Below, piece by piece: positions 1 through 14,200 of a DNA stretch of 64,000 bases. The position numbers were made by a program, and so were the translations under genes. The DNA lies in NCBI GenBank assembly GCA_002633005.1, contig NMRA01000066.1, positions 1,013,192 through 1,077,191 of the forward strand. Direction: 5' to 3'. The notes below the pieces were generated by a model. That model searched no databases and had not been told where the DNA came from. It saw only the letters and a list, made by a program, of their open reading frames with translations. Numbering within the stretch: position 1 is the stretch's first letter; the number at the start of each line of letters is the position of its first letter. The stretch comes from Phoronis australis. Its lineage: Eukaryota > Animalia > Phoronida.

Positions 1-620
1 CATATTTAGCCCCATGCACCTACAATCTGCAGTTCAATGGTTTCATAAACATGTCATTAAAACTAGATTAAAGACTATCCGCATACACACCACAGTTGCC
101 CTCAGCCACAGTGTGGATCCACTCGAAAGATTTTAACACTTTAGACCCGATCAGTGTGTCATCTGCGTACCGGAAATTTCTTGGCATGCGTAAATTACAT
201 TTCCTTGATATCATAGGATACGGGAATTCGCACCTTTAAAAGGCATCTGCACAATAAGCTGGACATTTACAGTCTATGGTTGTCAGCATGTTATGACATA
301 GAATTTTGCCAATTAAACTCAGTCATCTTGATGTTAAATTCTACATCATTTTATCTGACAATTTGTGACGTGTACTGTATCTCGGTGTTAAATGTGATTA
401 GTTAATACTTTGTACATTGAGAGACTAATGAGGAGACAGTAGTAATATTTAGTGAAGTTATTGAAATGTGAACAAAAACTACCTTTAGCTAGTTCTAACT
501 CGCTAGCTTAAATTTCTAGCTTGTAGTCTTCTATCTTTTTGTAACATTTTAGCTAATGATGCCTTTGTACTCTTAGCAAGAGTTTAAAATCTATAACTGG
601 TGCCATCTATTCTTTTGCAG

Positions 621-1667
621 GCAAGGACCTTCAACGAGACTCCTATTAACCCAAGAAAGTGTGGTCACATTTTGACTAAGATACTCTACCTGGTCAACCA
701 GGTGAGGGCTTAAACTAATCTGTTTTGTTACGTCCATAAATCACACTCACAAGATCTGTATAGCAGTAATGCCACATAGTGAGCAGGCAAGAAACTTTCA
801 GTGTCCCAGCTAGTTGTGCATATGTTGTTACAGTTATTCTCGAGCTAGGTAATCACTACCATAAGGCAATCTTACATTGCTAAGTGGTTCTGTTCAAAAG
901 TAGGGGTTTCTTTGGTGAGTGGGATTCATTCCTTCTTCAGTCAGGTATGCACACGTCTTATTTTCGCTTTAGCGTGGTCAAAGTTGTCAACTTCTGCGAT
1001 ACAGTTGTTCTGGTTCGTGCACTTGGCTCTTCACATAAGTTGGGTTTTGCTTTACTCTGATGAAATGTTTCGATCCCGTCTTTATTCGAGTTTTGCTGTA
1101 GTACAAAGTTGATAGTTTTGGTATTTGTCAAAGGAACAAGGTCTTTTGTTTCAGTGTTCTTAGTCAGATTTGACTCGGTATTTATATACTCATTCTTCTT
1201 CACCATGGCAGTCACCGTCATGTTTTTTTTCAGGGCGAGCAACTGCAGACCACTGAGGCTACAGAGGCATTCTTTGCCATGACCAAGCTGTTCCAGTCGA
1301 AGGACGTCACCCTACGCCGAATGGTCTTCCTCTGTATTAAGGAGATGGCCAACATAGCTGAGGATGTTATCATTGTCACCAGCAGGTATTTTAGTGGTTC
1401 AGTGGCAGGCGTAGCCGGGCATTTTGGGCAATTTCACACTGGCCCTTGATGTGATAACAATCTTCATGATATTCACTCGAGCTTTCTGTTGCAGACGTCC
1501 AAAAGACATAAGAAACTGATGAATTACAATGACAGTCAATTTTCTTATTTCTATGCTTTTCTATGCATTGGGTAATCGCTTCTGTTGTGTCTGCGCAGTT
1601 TGACTAAAGACATGACCGGCAAGGAAGATGCATTCAGGGGACCGTCCATCCGAGCTCTCTGTACCAT
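621..1667 (+). other. Duplicate copy of three COPG exons (621-701, 1234-1385, 1599-1667, the last cut by an N); probably an uncollapsed allelic haplotype
   Basis: ~176-1667 is repeated at ~1669-3249. The junction is exactly the N at 1668, which interrupts the exon [22 protein letters not shown]. The copies differ by SNPs and an ~85-bp indel in their 5' part. Confidence 0.85.
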
Positions 1668-1899
1668 NATTTCTTGGCTTGCGTAAAGTACATTTCCTTG
1701 ATATCATAGGATACGGGAATTCGCACCTTTAAAAGGCATCTTCACAATAAGCTGGACATTTGTAGTCTATGGTTGGCAGCAAGTTATGACAATAGAATTT
1801 TGCCAATTAAACTCAATCATCTTGATGTTAAATTCTACATCATTTTATCTGACTATATGTGACGTGTACTGTATCTTGGTGTTAAATGCGATTAGTTAA

Positions 1900-1986
1900 T
1901 TTATTTATTTATTTATTTATTATTGTGATACTTAAAATGAGGGTGGCCTCTTCAGTGATAGCACTGCTTTCCAAGAGGGGACTTAA
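1900..1986 (-). mobile_element. 5'-truncated retroposon 3' end with (TAAA)n tail, present in only one of the two duplicated copies
   Basis: Absent at the equivalent position (~406) in copy 1. Its reverse complement (CCCCTCTTGGAAAGCAGTG...CCACCCTCATTTTAAGTATCACAATAATAAATAAATAAA) resembles 46591-46672 on the + strand. Confidence 0.65.
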
Positions 1987-2201
1987 ATACCTTGTACATT
2001 GAGAGACTAATGAGGAGACAGTAGTAATATGTAGTGAAGTTATTGAAATGTAAACAAAAACTACCTTTAGCTATTTCTAACTCGCCAGCTTAAATTTCTA
2101 GCTTGTAGTCTTCTATCTTTTGTAACGTTTTAGCAAATGATACCTTTGTACTCTTAGTAAGAGTTTAAAATCTGTAACTGGTGCCATCTATTCTTTTTCA
2201 G

Positions 2202-5200
2202 GCGAGGACCTTCAACGAGACTCCTATTAACCCAAGAAAGTGTGGTCACATCTTGACTAAGATACTCTACCTGGTCAACCAGGTGAGGGCTTAAACTAAT
2301 CCGTTTTGTTACGTCCATAAATCACACTCACAAGATCTGTATAGCAGTAATGCCACATAGTGAGCAGGCAAGAAACTTTCAGTGTCCCAGCTAGTTGTGC
2401 ATATGTTGTTACAGTTATTCTCGAGCTAGGTAATCACTACTATAAGGCAATCTTACATTGCTAAGTGGTTCTGTTCAAAAGTAGGGGTTTCTTTGGTGAG
2501 TGGGATTCATTCCTTCTTCAGTCAGGTATGCACACGTCTTATTTTCGCTTTAGCGTGGTCAAAGTTGTCAACTTCTGCGATACAGTTGTTCTGGTTCGTG
2601 CACTTGGCTCTTCACATAAGTTGGGTTTTGCTTTACTCTGATGAAATGTTTCGATCCCGTCTTTATTCGAGTTTTGCTGTAGTACAAAGTTGATAGTTTT
2701 GGTATTTGTCAAAGGAACAAGGTCTTTTGTTTCAGTGTTCTTAGTCAGATTTGACTCGGTATTTATATACTCATTCTTCTTCACCATGGCAGTCACCGTC
2801 ATGATGTTTTTTTTCAGGGCGAGCAACTGCAGACCACTGAGGCTACAGAGGCATTCTTTGCCATGACCAAGCTGTTCCAGTCGAAGGACGTCACCCTACG
2901 CCGAATGGTCTTCCTCTGTATTAAGGAGATGGCCAACATAGCTGAGGATGTTATCATTGTCACCAGCAGGTATTTTAGTGGTTCAGTGGCAGGCGTAGCC
3001 GGGCATTTTGGGCAATTTCACACTGGCCCTTGATGTGATAACAATCTTCATGATATTCACTCGAGCTTTCTGTTGCAGACGTCCAAAAGACATAAGAAAC
3101 TGATGAATTACAATGACAGTCAATTTTCTTATTTCTATGCTTTTCTATGCATTGGGTAATCGCTTCTGTTGTGTCTGCGCAGTTTGACTAAAGACATGAC
3201 CGGCAAGGAAGATGCATTCAGGGGACCGTCCATCCGAGCTCTCTGTACCATCACAGATGTAAGTTGAGTTCTACTGTTACACTATGCAGAGGAGGCTAGA
3301 AGTGTGTGGCGAGGGTGGCCTGCACTCTGGGTTCAAATGAACAGCCTTTATTGTATAATTGAAATGTATGAGCCAAAGGTTCGTCTGGGTCAATACTCTT
3401 TCGTTGTTATGGTGTGGCACAAATTTTAGTCAAATCATCTGCCACAGTTTGTGTATATATTAACAGCGTGCTATCTTTTTTCAAAAAATTGTCTGAGTTT
3501 GTATTTTATTATTGGTTGTGCAGCAAAAGTGCTCCCCCCTCAAGACTTTTAGGCAACTGGCCTTGAATATTTGCTGAAAAATATATTGTTCCGTAATTTT
3601 CCTCATGCTCAACGAGACGGAACTAAGTCTTGTTTTAAAAAGTACGGACTGTCACACAGCATCATTGGGCTAAATGGCTATGACTTCCTGTTTACTTTTC
3701 AGAGCTCCATGTTACAAAGTATTGAGCGTTACATGAAGCAGGCCATTGTAGACAAGAACCCGAGTGTGTCAAGTGCTGCCTTGACATCCAGCCTGGTAAT
3801 TTCTATGATATTGCACTTTTTCAAATCAAACTGGTTTGTCAACATCTGTTTATCGGCCTCTTTCAAGTTTTGGCAAAGTCGTGGAAGGTATCCTAGCAGA
3901 GAAGCAAGGCGAAGTAATTCATTTGTGATAATATTTCACATTTTCTTGTTTTTATAAGCTGTCTGGACGTAACTGTTTGTGGAAACTATGTACAGTCTTT
4001 AGTGACATGTTTCTTGCACCTAAATTGAGATATGGGTGTTTTAGAACGTTGATCCAGTCGAGACATTATTTTGCAAACTGCACTTTTTCAGATAAGTTGT
4101 GTGAGGATGCACCTCTTGTAATGTAATACTTGTTGTAATTGGTGTAGCATATCATAGTGTAATACTACTATTATTCTTTGTGTCCATTTAATGCTTTGTT
4201 TCTGACATTTTATCAGCTGTATTTTCATGACAGACTGTGAGATACTGTTTATTTGTAGTCATGTTAAAACGAAATTGTCTTCGTTTCTGGTCTTCTGTTC
4301 TTCAAGGACGTCGGTAAAATGTATTTTATTTCTCGGCAGTAAGAAATAAGTGCCTCCTTCCGCTCTATTTTGTTAGACTTTGACACTTATTTTGGAGACA
4401 CTGCCATTCGCACTCACACCCTTTTCTCTGTCCCCCTCCCACGTCTAGCATATGGCCAAACAGGGCTGCTTGGATGTGATTAAGCGATGGGTGAATGAGG
4501 CGCAACAAGCAGTCACCAGCGACAACGTAATGGTCCAGTATCATGCACTTGGCCTCCTTTACCACATCCGACGCAGTGACAAACTGGCGGTCAGCAAGCT
4601 GGTCAGCAAGTTTATGAAGCAACACCTCAAGTCACCGTACGCGTTCTGCCTCCTGGTGAGTGTTTATGTACAGGGTGGGCTGAAAGTGTTGTAGTTCATG
4701 ACCACATCCTCAAGTCATAGTGCGCATGCTTCCTCCTGTTGAGTCTCAATGTACAGGGTGGGCTGAAAGTAATTTAAGTTGTTGTTCTTGACCACATCCT
4801 CGTACCATTGTGTGCCTGCTGCCTCCTGGTGAGTGTTTTTGTAAAGGGTGGGCTAGAATTGTGTTAAGTTATTCTAGTTCATGTAGCAGGTTCTCAAGTC
4901 ACCGTGCGCCTTCTGCCCGTGAGAGTTTTTGTACAGGGTTGGCTAGAAGTGGGTTACAGTTACTTGTAGTTCTGTCAAACTAGAAATGCCTTGATTTTGA
5001 TGATCTAGCATTCGGCAAGGTATTTTCACTTGAATTTAGAATGCATATGAGTTGGTGTTATAGGCGTTGTGCTGACTTAAATACGCCCAGATAAGCGACG
5101 GTATATGTGCAGTCTAAAGCATATCTTGTGACTAATCTGATCGATAGTGCTATTAATGGTGGAGCATTTACTGTAAACGTTTTGTTTTGATTTTTTGCGT

Positions 5201-8200
5201 CGGCATGTGTTGTTTCATCGGCTGTTGTTGTGGTTTCAGATCCGCATCGCTGCTCGGCTGATGGAGGAAGAAGACGCCGGCACCGACAGCCCAATGTTCG
5301 ACTTCATCGAAAGCTGCTTGCGACACAAGTCTGAGATGGTGATCTATGAGGCGGCGCACGCAATCGTCAACATGCGCCAGACGACGGCCAAGGAACTTGC
5401 GCCAGCGGTGTCGGTGCTGCAGCTCTTTTGCAGCTCTCCCAAGCCCACGTTGCGATTCGCTGCTGTCAAGACACTGAACAGAGTGAGTGCCGGAAACATT
5501 CAGCTGGGCATGTGTCCGGTTAGGAAAGATAAGAATTTGCTTGCATGATTCTTTATTTTTGGAAAAGACCCAAAGGAATGTCCTGCTGCAGTGCTTGGTC
5601 TAATTTCAACATTTACAAATTATTATAAATATTTTGGCTAAAATGTGTTTTAGCATGGATTTTCGGAAGGGAAAACCTAGCTCGGCACCAACTTCTTTGT
5701 CTTCACTATTTGTTCCTTTCATCTCTCGAGTTACGATACACATAACTGACCCACAATTCTCATCATGACGACCCAGAAGCCAAACTCATTGTCAGTATAG
5801 CCTTCCTTTATGATGGAAGATAAAGGGTAATTAACCGAACAGTTAGTACGATAGCTAAGCTATGAATCTGTAATTGTAATTTTACCACCTCAATAGCTAT
5901 TACCAGTCACTTTTGCCGTTGACAGAATTACGTGGCATGATGGGGGCACGGTGTTTTGTCTGATTTTTTTTCTCGAGCCTAAATTGCCTGAAGTTGTTAT
6001 TTGGCTTTACACTGTTGTGCTCTGGTATAATCTCATCAAATCCAGATGAACAATTAATTCACGCATAGTGGAGTCGGTGCTTCTGCGCTATTTGTCCGCA
6101 CCGTTTGCAAATGTCGCTGCTCTTCCTGTAGGTGGCCATGAAACATCCATCGGCTGTGACCGCCTGTAACCTTGACCTGGAGAACCTGATCACCGACGTC
6201 AACAGAAGTATCGCTACGCTGGCCATCACCACTCTGCTCAAGGTACGTAAGCCACTTGTTCGTCCATACTGCTTCAACCCTGAGATGTTCCTGGAATTTT
6301 GAAGGTGCTACTCATGCTCACTGTGTTGGGCATCAAACTGGTTCTCATACCTGGCACCTCTGAATGTGACTAGTGCTGGTTAAAGGATTGTAACAGTGTT
6401 ATCGTACATGGCAACCCCTGATATGTGGCGTTGTTAGACATTCCATGTTTGTTAAATTCATAATCTCGACCGTTTGTGCCGTATGACAGTGTTTTGTTCA
6501 TTTTATTTTCAACCCAAATTTCAGACTGGCAGTGAGAGCAGTGTGGACAGGTTGATGAAGCAGATCTCTTCATTCATGTCTGAGATCTCCGACGAGTTCA
6601 AAATTGTTGTCGTGGACGCCATCAGGTAAGAGGCCTTCTTCTGGTGGTGTCTTGTAAATAACAAACATCTGAAATTGAACTCTTTAGAGTGGTGAGGGCA
6701 CTAAAATGACTTTGGCTTGATCCATCAACTTTTGTTGAATTAGATGGACGGAGTCTACGAATACCACGCGTGACACAAAACACACACATGACATGGCTGT
6801 TCAGAAGTGTAAACTTAGTCTGTTTATGTGTATCACCATATGATAGGCCAGACAATGACTTGTCCTTTTGGCTTTGGGCCACTTGGTCTAAAACATGTAT
6901 GACGAATGAAATTTTACTGTTCCTTGTCATAATCTGTTCTGTTTAGACAAGTTATACTGACTCAACTGACTTGGTAGTACTCTACTTACATTCTCAAACG
7001 GGGTTATCTCTGTTACATAAGGGAGATCATACGTGCAATTGTACCTTTTCGTTACTTGAATAAGTAATTAAGCGTCAATAATGAGATCTATCAATGATTG
7101 GAGCTGAGTTGCTGCTAAACTCCATCTTCTTGACCATGCTCTATAATGCTTTACATGTACTAATAAAACGCAGAATTGATGAAGTAAGATTTTTTGCTCT
7201 GGTGGTAAGTTTTAACACGGACTACACTATGCCACTCAGTCTAATGTCCAGACACATCTGGTGTTAGGTAATTAGTACTAGAACGGAAATGAACTGTTGT
7301 CAGCACACTGAACGGCTGTGTGCGCGTGTAATCTACAATATTCTGTTGACATTCCAGATCACTGTGCATGAAGTTTCCACGCAAGCACGGCGTTATGATG
7401 ACGTTCCTCAGTTCCATGCTTCGTGACGAGGGAGGCTTCGACTACAAGAAGGCCATTGTTGACTGCATTATCAGCATCATCGACGATAACCCTGATGCCA
7501 AGGAAGCAGGTAGTAATAGCAAACGGACGTCTGACACCGACTTTCTGAATTTTGTCTTAAGTGTGATTGTTGGCGTCAGGTTATTGACATTGTTCAACAG
7601 TTTTAATGTGTCTCTTGACATCATGAAGTCTTGAATGTGAATTTTTAATTGGAATATCTGTCTGGGGCTTGTTTTGAAAAGCTGTTAGTTCTGAGACTTA
7701 AAAGCACAATTACAAACATGTCCAATTTTGTTTTTAGTTCACTTGTGCCATCAGAATGTAAGTATTCAAAGATAGTGCTTTGTTTAGTTTGAAACCCTAC
7801 TCGCGAAATATTTATTGGCAAATTCAGTGATGTGTAGGTACCAGTTTCTCAATATGAGTCTTGTTGAAATGACCACAAAAACTGATGACTGATTGTCTCT
7901 CCTTAGGCCTATCTCACCTGTGTGAGTTTATTGAGGACTGTGAGCACACGGTACTGGCTACACGCATACTCCACCTGCTGGGCAGAGAGGGGCCACGCAC
8001 AGCCACACCTTCCAAGTATATCCGCTTCATCTACAACCGTGTTATCCTGGAGAATGCCCCCGTGCGCGCTGGTAAGCTTAGTTGAAATCTGCTGTCACTT
8101 GTTGCTGTCCACATCAATGTTACATATTTAAGATACCTTAACATTTCATTCAGCACCATAATTGTTTGACATGGCAAGTTAGCATTCCTACTTACATACT

Positions 8201-11200
8201 ATAAAACCATTGGACCATATAGATTTCATAGATTGCTTTGATTGAGTGATTCATTGCCATTATCTTGATTCATTTCAATTTGGAGTCTGCGATTTCATCT
8301 TGTCACGATCTAATTAGCACTGCATTGGTCTTTAGTTGCTCTGAAGGTCTGCCTATTAACGGAAGCCAGACAACTGTGGAAATAAACATTTAATGGAAAA
8401 CCATTCCAATGTTTATAAAAATAAAAAGCTCCTGCTCAAATGACAGCCCTTTAAAAGGAGGGTGGATGATGCCTAGGCTTCTGTTAGACATGTTAAGGCA
8501 CTTACATCGATTTCCTTATCTCACAATTCTGCCTCGATGAGAAATTTATAAATTGTACGTTTTTCTATGAAACTGCCAATAATAAGTTCCCTTCTTGTTA
8601 AATGATTGTTGCACTTGTTTATGGTTTTCAAAATGTACCATGAAAAATACACATAGTTGACATTTTTTATTCATATGAAGTTAATTTACCCAGGGACTCT
8701 GCATCGTAAGTTTGCAGTTTTATTTTCTAGTAATATTTGACATTTCTTTATTATGCTTACTTTTTAATTTCTTTTGCCAATGATCTGACTGCTTGATAAA
8801 TTCTGATATTCTCTAGTTCACTGATAACTTGTCATATTCCTCTCCAGCTGCGGTCACCGCACTTGCCAAGTTCGGTGCCCACTGCGATGATCTATTGGAC
8901 AGTGTGATGGTGCTGCTGAACCGGTCACAGCTGGACACGGACGATGAAGTACGCGACCGCGCCACCTTCTACTGGAACATTCTCAGCCAGAAACAGGCAG
9001 CACTCAACTCAGCCTTCATTCTGAATGGTGAGTCGTTTTGTGGTCCATGTCGTCAAAGGCTTTTGAGAAATCTAGAATTGGTTGAAGTTCAACTTGGAGT
9101 TTTTGGAATTGATTGTGCTTTGAATTGAAATTATCTCTCAACTGTCAGTAAGTTATTGGTTCCTGTTGTGTCTTGTCTGATACTGTAAATGTGATGAGTG
9201 TGATCCTGCTGATTGTATCGAAATGCTTCTAGAAAACTTGTATGGGAACAATTTACACTATGTCACAATCAGTGGTCACTGTCTGCAGGTCTGCAAGTGT
9301 CAGTTGTTGGTCTAGAGAGAGCTCTGCACAATTACTCCATGGAACCTTCAGAGACACCATTTGACATGAAGACTGTGCCTCTGGCCACTCAGCCGATGAC
9401 AGAACAGAAAACCAGTAAGTCTTATCGGTGGTTTACATAGTAGTCTACATTCTATGAAAAGTTATGGTGTTTCAATGACAGCACATTTTGGAGAGGTCTA
9501 TTTTAATTGGAAAATTTTGTAGCACTCAACGAGATTACCACTGAAGGTGGCATCTGGCTTAGGTAACATAAAATTTTTGGAACTTAAAGAAACTTTCCAG
9601 TGTTATCAAACGAACGTCCTAGGCTTATGAATCTTTTGAAATTTTTATTTGACTTGTTCCATTCATTTGCAGAAGAGGAAGACCGCTTGTTAATAACAAG
9701 CAGTAAAGTCATTGGTTTGTTCACAGTTTTCTTGTTGATGTTCATTTGCTGTCTTGTTCTTTATTGTTAGTTCTTCAGACCTCTGTGTCAAAACAAAAGT
9801 TATTCGTTATTTGTTGTTCATGGTGCGATCATTCGTACTGAATTGATGTCATAGCCAACATTATTTGTTATTTATGATGCAATCATTTACACCGAATTAA
9901 TGTTATAACGAATTCTATATGATGTCATTCAAACTCAATTGATATAATTCCCAAGGTTTTTGGATTATGATTTAAACAAATAAACCCTTGCAAGGTTTTA
10001 CAGTGTGGTTACTGATTAATTGTTATATGTCTTTTCAAAATGATACTAATAATAATAATAATATATATATATGAATATGTCAATCTCAATATGGCGTCAA
10101 AAATATGTTGCAAACATATTAAATCTTGTCAGCACACAATCTGTTAGCCACATCACGAGAACTAATGAACATTAGCCATATTGAGATTGACATGTTCATA
10201 TGCACTGACTGGAGATCAAGGGTAAGATGCCCACTACTAAGCCTAATTGGATTTCTGTGTTTGACCAGTGGTCCCGATGGCTCAGTGGCTAGCAGAATGT
10301 CCTGGGCTCGAGTCCCGGTCGGGGGCAAAAATCTTTTCAAACTGATATTCATTAAGTCACGCGATATGGCCAACAGATGGAGTGCTGACTCGACTTAAAT
10401 GGATCAGGTTATTCATAATTATTGACTTTGTGCTTAGAGGACGACACAAAATATGTGTTAGGATGAAGTAATTCTTTGTAGTTAAGTCAGAGTTGTCCTG
10501 ATTGATCTAGCGGCCATGTTTCTGTGACATTTAGTGTTTCACTTTCTAGCCAATCGACCATCGCCTGTTGGTGACGCTGTCTCGGCCAGACCGAGTGAAA
10601 AGGTGACTGCCTCACGACAAGATATCTACGCTGGTATGTTAACTCAACAGTCATCACAATAGCTCATCATGTCTGCAATGACTGCATGAAGCGAGTGCAA
10701 CTTGTGTTAAGCGTTGTCCAAAGATACCAAATTTAAAAAGCAAGTGTTCGTTGTAGTACTGTGCACTGGCACAAATACTTCACAAACACCCTCTGTGTAT
10801 TCCTGTCATTGGTATGTTCAGTTGTGAGATTTTGTGCCATGGCTGTAGTATGCTATGACCTGTTAGAGTAGACTCTTGAACTGATTGAACAAAATACCAT
10901 TTCCCCGTCTAAGTGGATCATTCCAACTGCTTTGACGGTTAGTTTGGCGTTCTCTCAACTGTGTTGATAGAGGAATTCCACTTGCACTCAACAGTCATGT
11001 GGGATGTTAGGTATTCCGGATCATTTTGTTGATTTATGTATGTGCAGCTTTGTATACACCTGTGTTGGGTGCTGTTCTTCATTCGACTTTCTCCTTTTCA
11101 TTTGTAGAACAACTTGCGGCTGTGCCCGAGCTAGCCAACCTTGGACCTCTGTTCAAGTCTTCCACTACGCCAGTAGAGCTGACAGAGTCTGAGACAGAGT

Positions 11201-14200
11201 ACGTTGTGCGCTGTGTCAAGCACACGTTCTCAGAACACATCGTGTTCCAGGTAGGGTTCTCAGATTGGCGCTCTCATTAGGTCTCATGTGGGAAATGGTT
11301 TATGTCAACATTGGGCTTCCAAACCTGTGACAAGATGCTTCACAAATATCTTGTCGAAATGCGGTAGGGTCCATTTTTTCCATAGCTAGTACTCTAATTT
11401 TAGTTGCCTGGCTTCGTTACAGATGTCGAAAATGCAACCTACAAAGGATAAAACGCTGTAAAATTTGTAAGATTGCATACTTGTCTTCTCAGTATATCAA
11501 ATAAACACAAAAAAATCACGAACCCCAACTGGGAATCGAACCACAGGTCTCTAGATTGCCTGTCTAGTGCTCTCACCACTGAGCTACTGAGGACCCGATA
11601 TCTGTGCAGTTACTGCTTACAGCCAACTGTTAAGTCATACATCCCATGAGCGGTGTTTCGCGTTTTTCACAAGGTATTTAGTGCACAGATATCGGGTCCT
11701 CAGAGGTGAGAGCACTAGACTGGCAATCTAGAAACCTGTGATTCGATTCCCAGTTGGGGTTCCTGATTTTTCTGTGTTTATTTGATATACTTCACTGCTG
11801 GCCAACCGCAGCGTCTATATATTTACCTAATCTTCTCAGTGTTCTGGTAGGGCACGCTTTTAGTCTCCAGTTCTTGTAAGTTTTCTTTTTTAGTTACTGT
11901 TGGTTTTTTTACAATGTGAGTACCGATCCTGTTCCGACAAAGCACTGAGTATGTTTCTGGCTCTTGACTTTCTCAGATTTCCATGAAACCACTCATGAAT
12001 CAGTTACGGAAATTCATATCGTTTTCATCATATGTGGTCGCACAGCCTTATCATTTTCAATTTTGCCATGTTATTTTGCTTGGCAGTTTGACTGCACAAA
12101 CACACTGAATGACCAGCTGTTGGAGAACGTCACCGTTCATATGGAGACTGGAGACGGCTTTGAGCCAGAGTGCATGGTGCCGGCGCAAAAACTGGTGTAC
12201 AACACACCGGGGATAGCGTACACATGTTTCAGTGTTCCCGATGACCCTGTGTCTGGTGAGTATGCTTCCTGTGAAAGACGTTGAGTACTGATAGTTTGAT
12301 TCCGTATATCAGACGACTGATTAAAAACACTAATGTTCATTTATTATGTAAACGTGCACAAGAATGGTCTGTAATGAGTTTGTGCCTTTGCTTGTCCTCC
12401 ATAAAGTGTTATGAATTGACTCAAGGGGCATCTTGGGTACCCCTGTTTCAATAACGGATTTTGAAAAACCTGCTTATGGAAGCGAGTGTATTAGGTACCA
12501 CAAAACCTATATACCCTTCAAAACAGGACTCACCCAGTTAATCATTCCCAAAACTCTGCCTGGCCTCTAACGGTCATGGCCTTAGGTCTAATTTTCACAT
12601 ATTTTCTCTTAAGTTTCCCCTTGTGTTTCTTCAGATCTCATCGGCTGCGGTGGTAGTTCCTAAGTTTACTTTCATACTCCCTGAAGATTGTCTTAGACAG
12701 TATAATTTGGCTCATTACTAACTGGAAATATGTTCAAATTGGCGATCACGTGTGGTGAACATTATACCATGCTGCAGTATGCGCAAGCCTAAAATGGTAA
12801 CCCTCTTGTGTGAAATGTTGTTGAAACATGAGCAGCTTACTTTCTGTTGGCTGCACTCCCAGGATTGTCAGTGATTTTGGACATTGAATGCATACAAACA
12901 TAAGTTGCAAGATGTGGACCTCTTGCTGAGCCGTTCACGTCACTGTGTGATGTTCGGGTTTTAAATACACGCCAGGGGGACATTAATTAACATGCAAAAA
13001 GGCAATTTCAAGATGACCGGATATCTGCATAACATCAAAATTGGTTGCGGTTGCGGTCCCTTTTAAATTTCACGAATGAAACTGCCTTGGTTTGCTTGGA
13101 CTTGGACTGGTGTGCGACGCTGATTTCCAATCTCGAGCCGTTGATGGTGAGTTTTAATGTCCCCTCGATTGTTCCTAAAGCCTGAACTGTTTTCCAGTAT
13201 TTTGCGCTTATTCAATGGATCTGTTTCTTCACAGTTACTGGTACGTTCAGCTGTACACTCAAGTTCATCGTCAAGGACTGTGACCCTAACACTGGTGAAC
13301 CCGATGATGAGGGATATGAAGATGAATATGTGGTGAGTGATTTTTCAAGTCCTGTTGGTTAGAGATCTTCTTCAATGTACTACACATCGTAATCGTTATG
13401 TTTGCACTATCTTGATTACAATAAAATCCTGCCAGTATGGGCCATAAATATTTTGCAAAATTGACCTTTATTCATTTTAGAAAGGCTCCTGACATTGTTG
13501 TGAAGGGCCTCAGTATCTCAAAACATTGTCCGATCAAGTCACTGAAGTAGTCATAGTGTCATAGGAAGTGTGCTGACACTCCGCTACCAATGTATCTTGG
13601 TGTTCATTAAATAGCTCTCCATATTACGTGTCATGATTTTGAGCCATACAACTGTTAACCAACTTGTGTTCACAGCTGGAGGATGTGGAGGTCACCGTGG
13701 CTGATCACGTGCAGCGTGTCATGAAGCCAAACTTTGCAGCATCATGGGAAGAGGTTGGCCCACAGAACGAACTCGAGGAGACATACGCACTGTCTACGAT
13801 GAAAACGCTTGAAGGTGAGTTCTTTCGTGGTCACGTATTTGTCGCCAAATGTAAAATAAATATTTTGAAAACGTGATTGTCTAAAAGGTGCCGAGATTAT
13901 ATTATTGGTTGGTAACAATGACAAGCACACGAGTCGCACCTTTTCTGTAATATCTCATGCATGGAATTTGAAACTCTAACACACAAGGCTTATATAGTGT
14001 GTGCTACGTCATGATACCTTAGACTTTGGAGTTTCACATTTCATTAGACATTGAAGAAGTGTCTTCACTCCTGCACCGACATATTTGCCAATTTCATGTT
14101 AACACTGGTATTTGGTAACACTCCATAACAAATGGTCGGTATGTTTGTGTCTGATTGAATTTTTCATGAAAGAATGGTGACTGTTCGCACGATAGCGGTG

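Noticed and set aside
912-2826. Identical 66-aa and 94/95-aa ORF pairs
   Set aside because: These are intronic chance ORFs repeated only because the segment is duplicated.
11520-11762. tRNA genes on both strands
   Set aside because: The arms sit in a larger palindrome with a flanking duplication and the right arm lacks part of the A box, so they fit a tRNA-derived repeat better than functional tRNAs.
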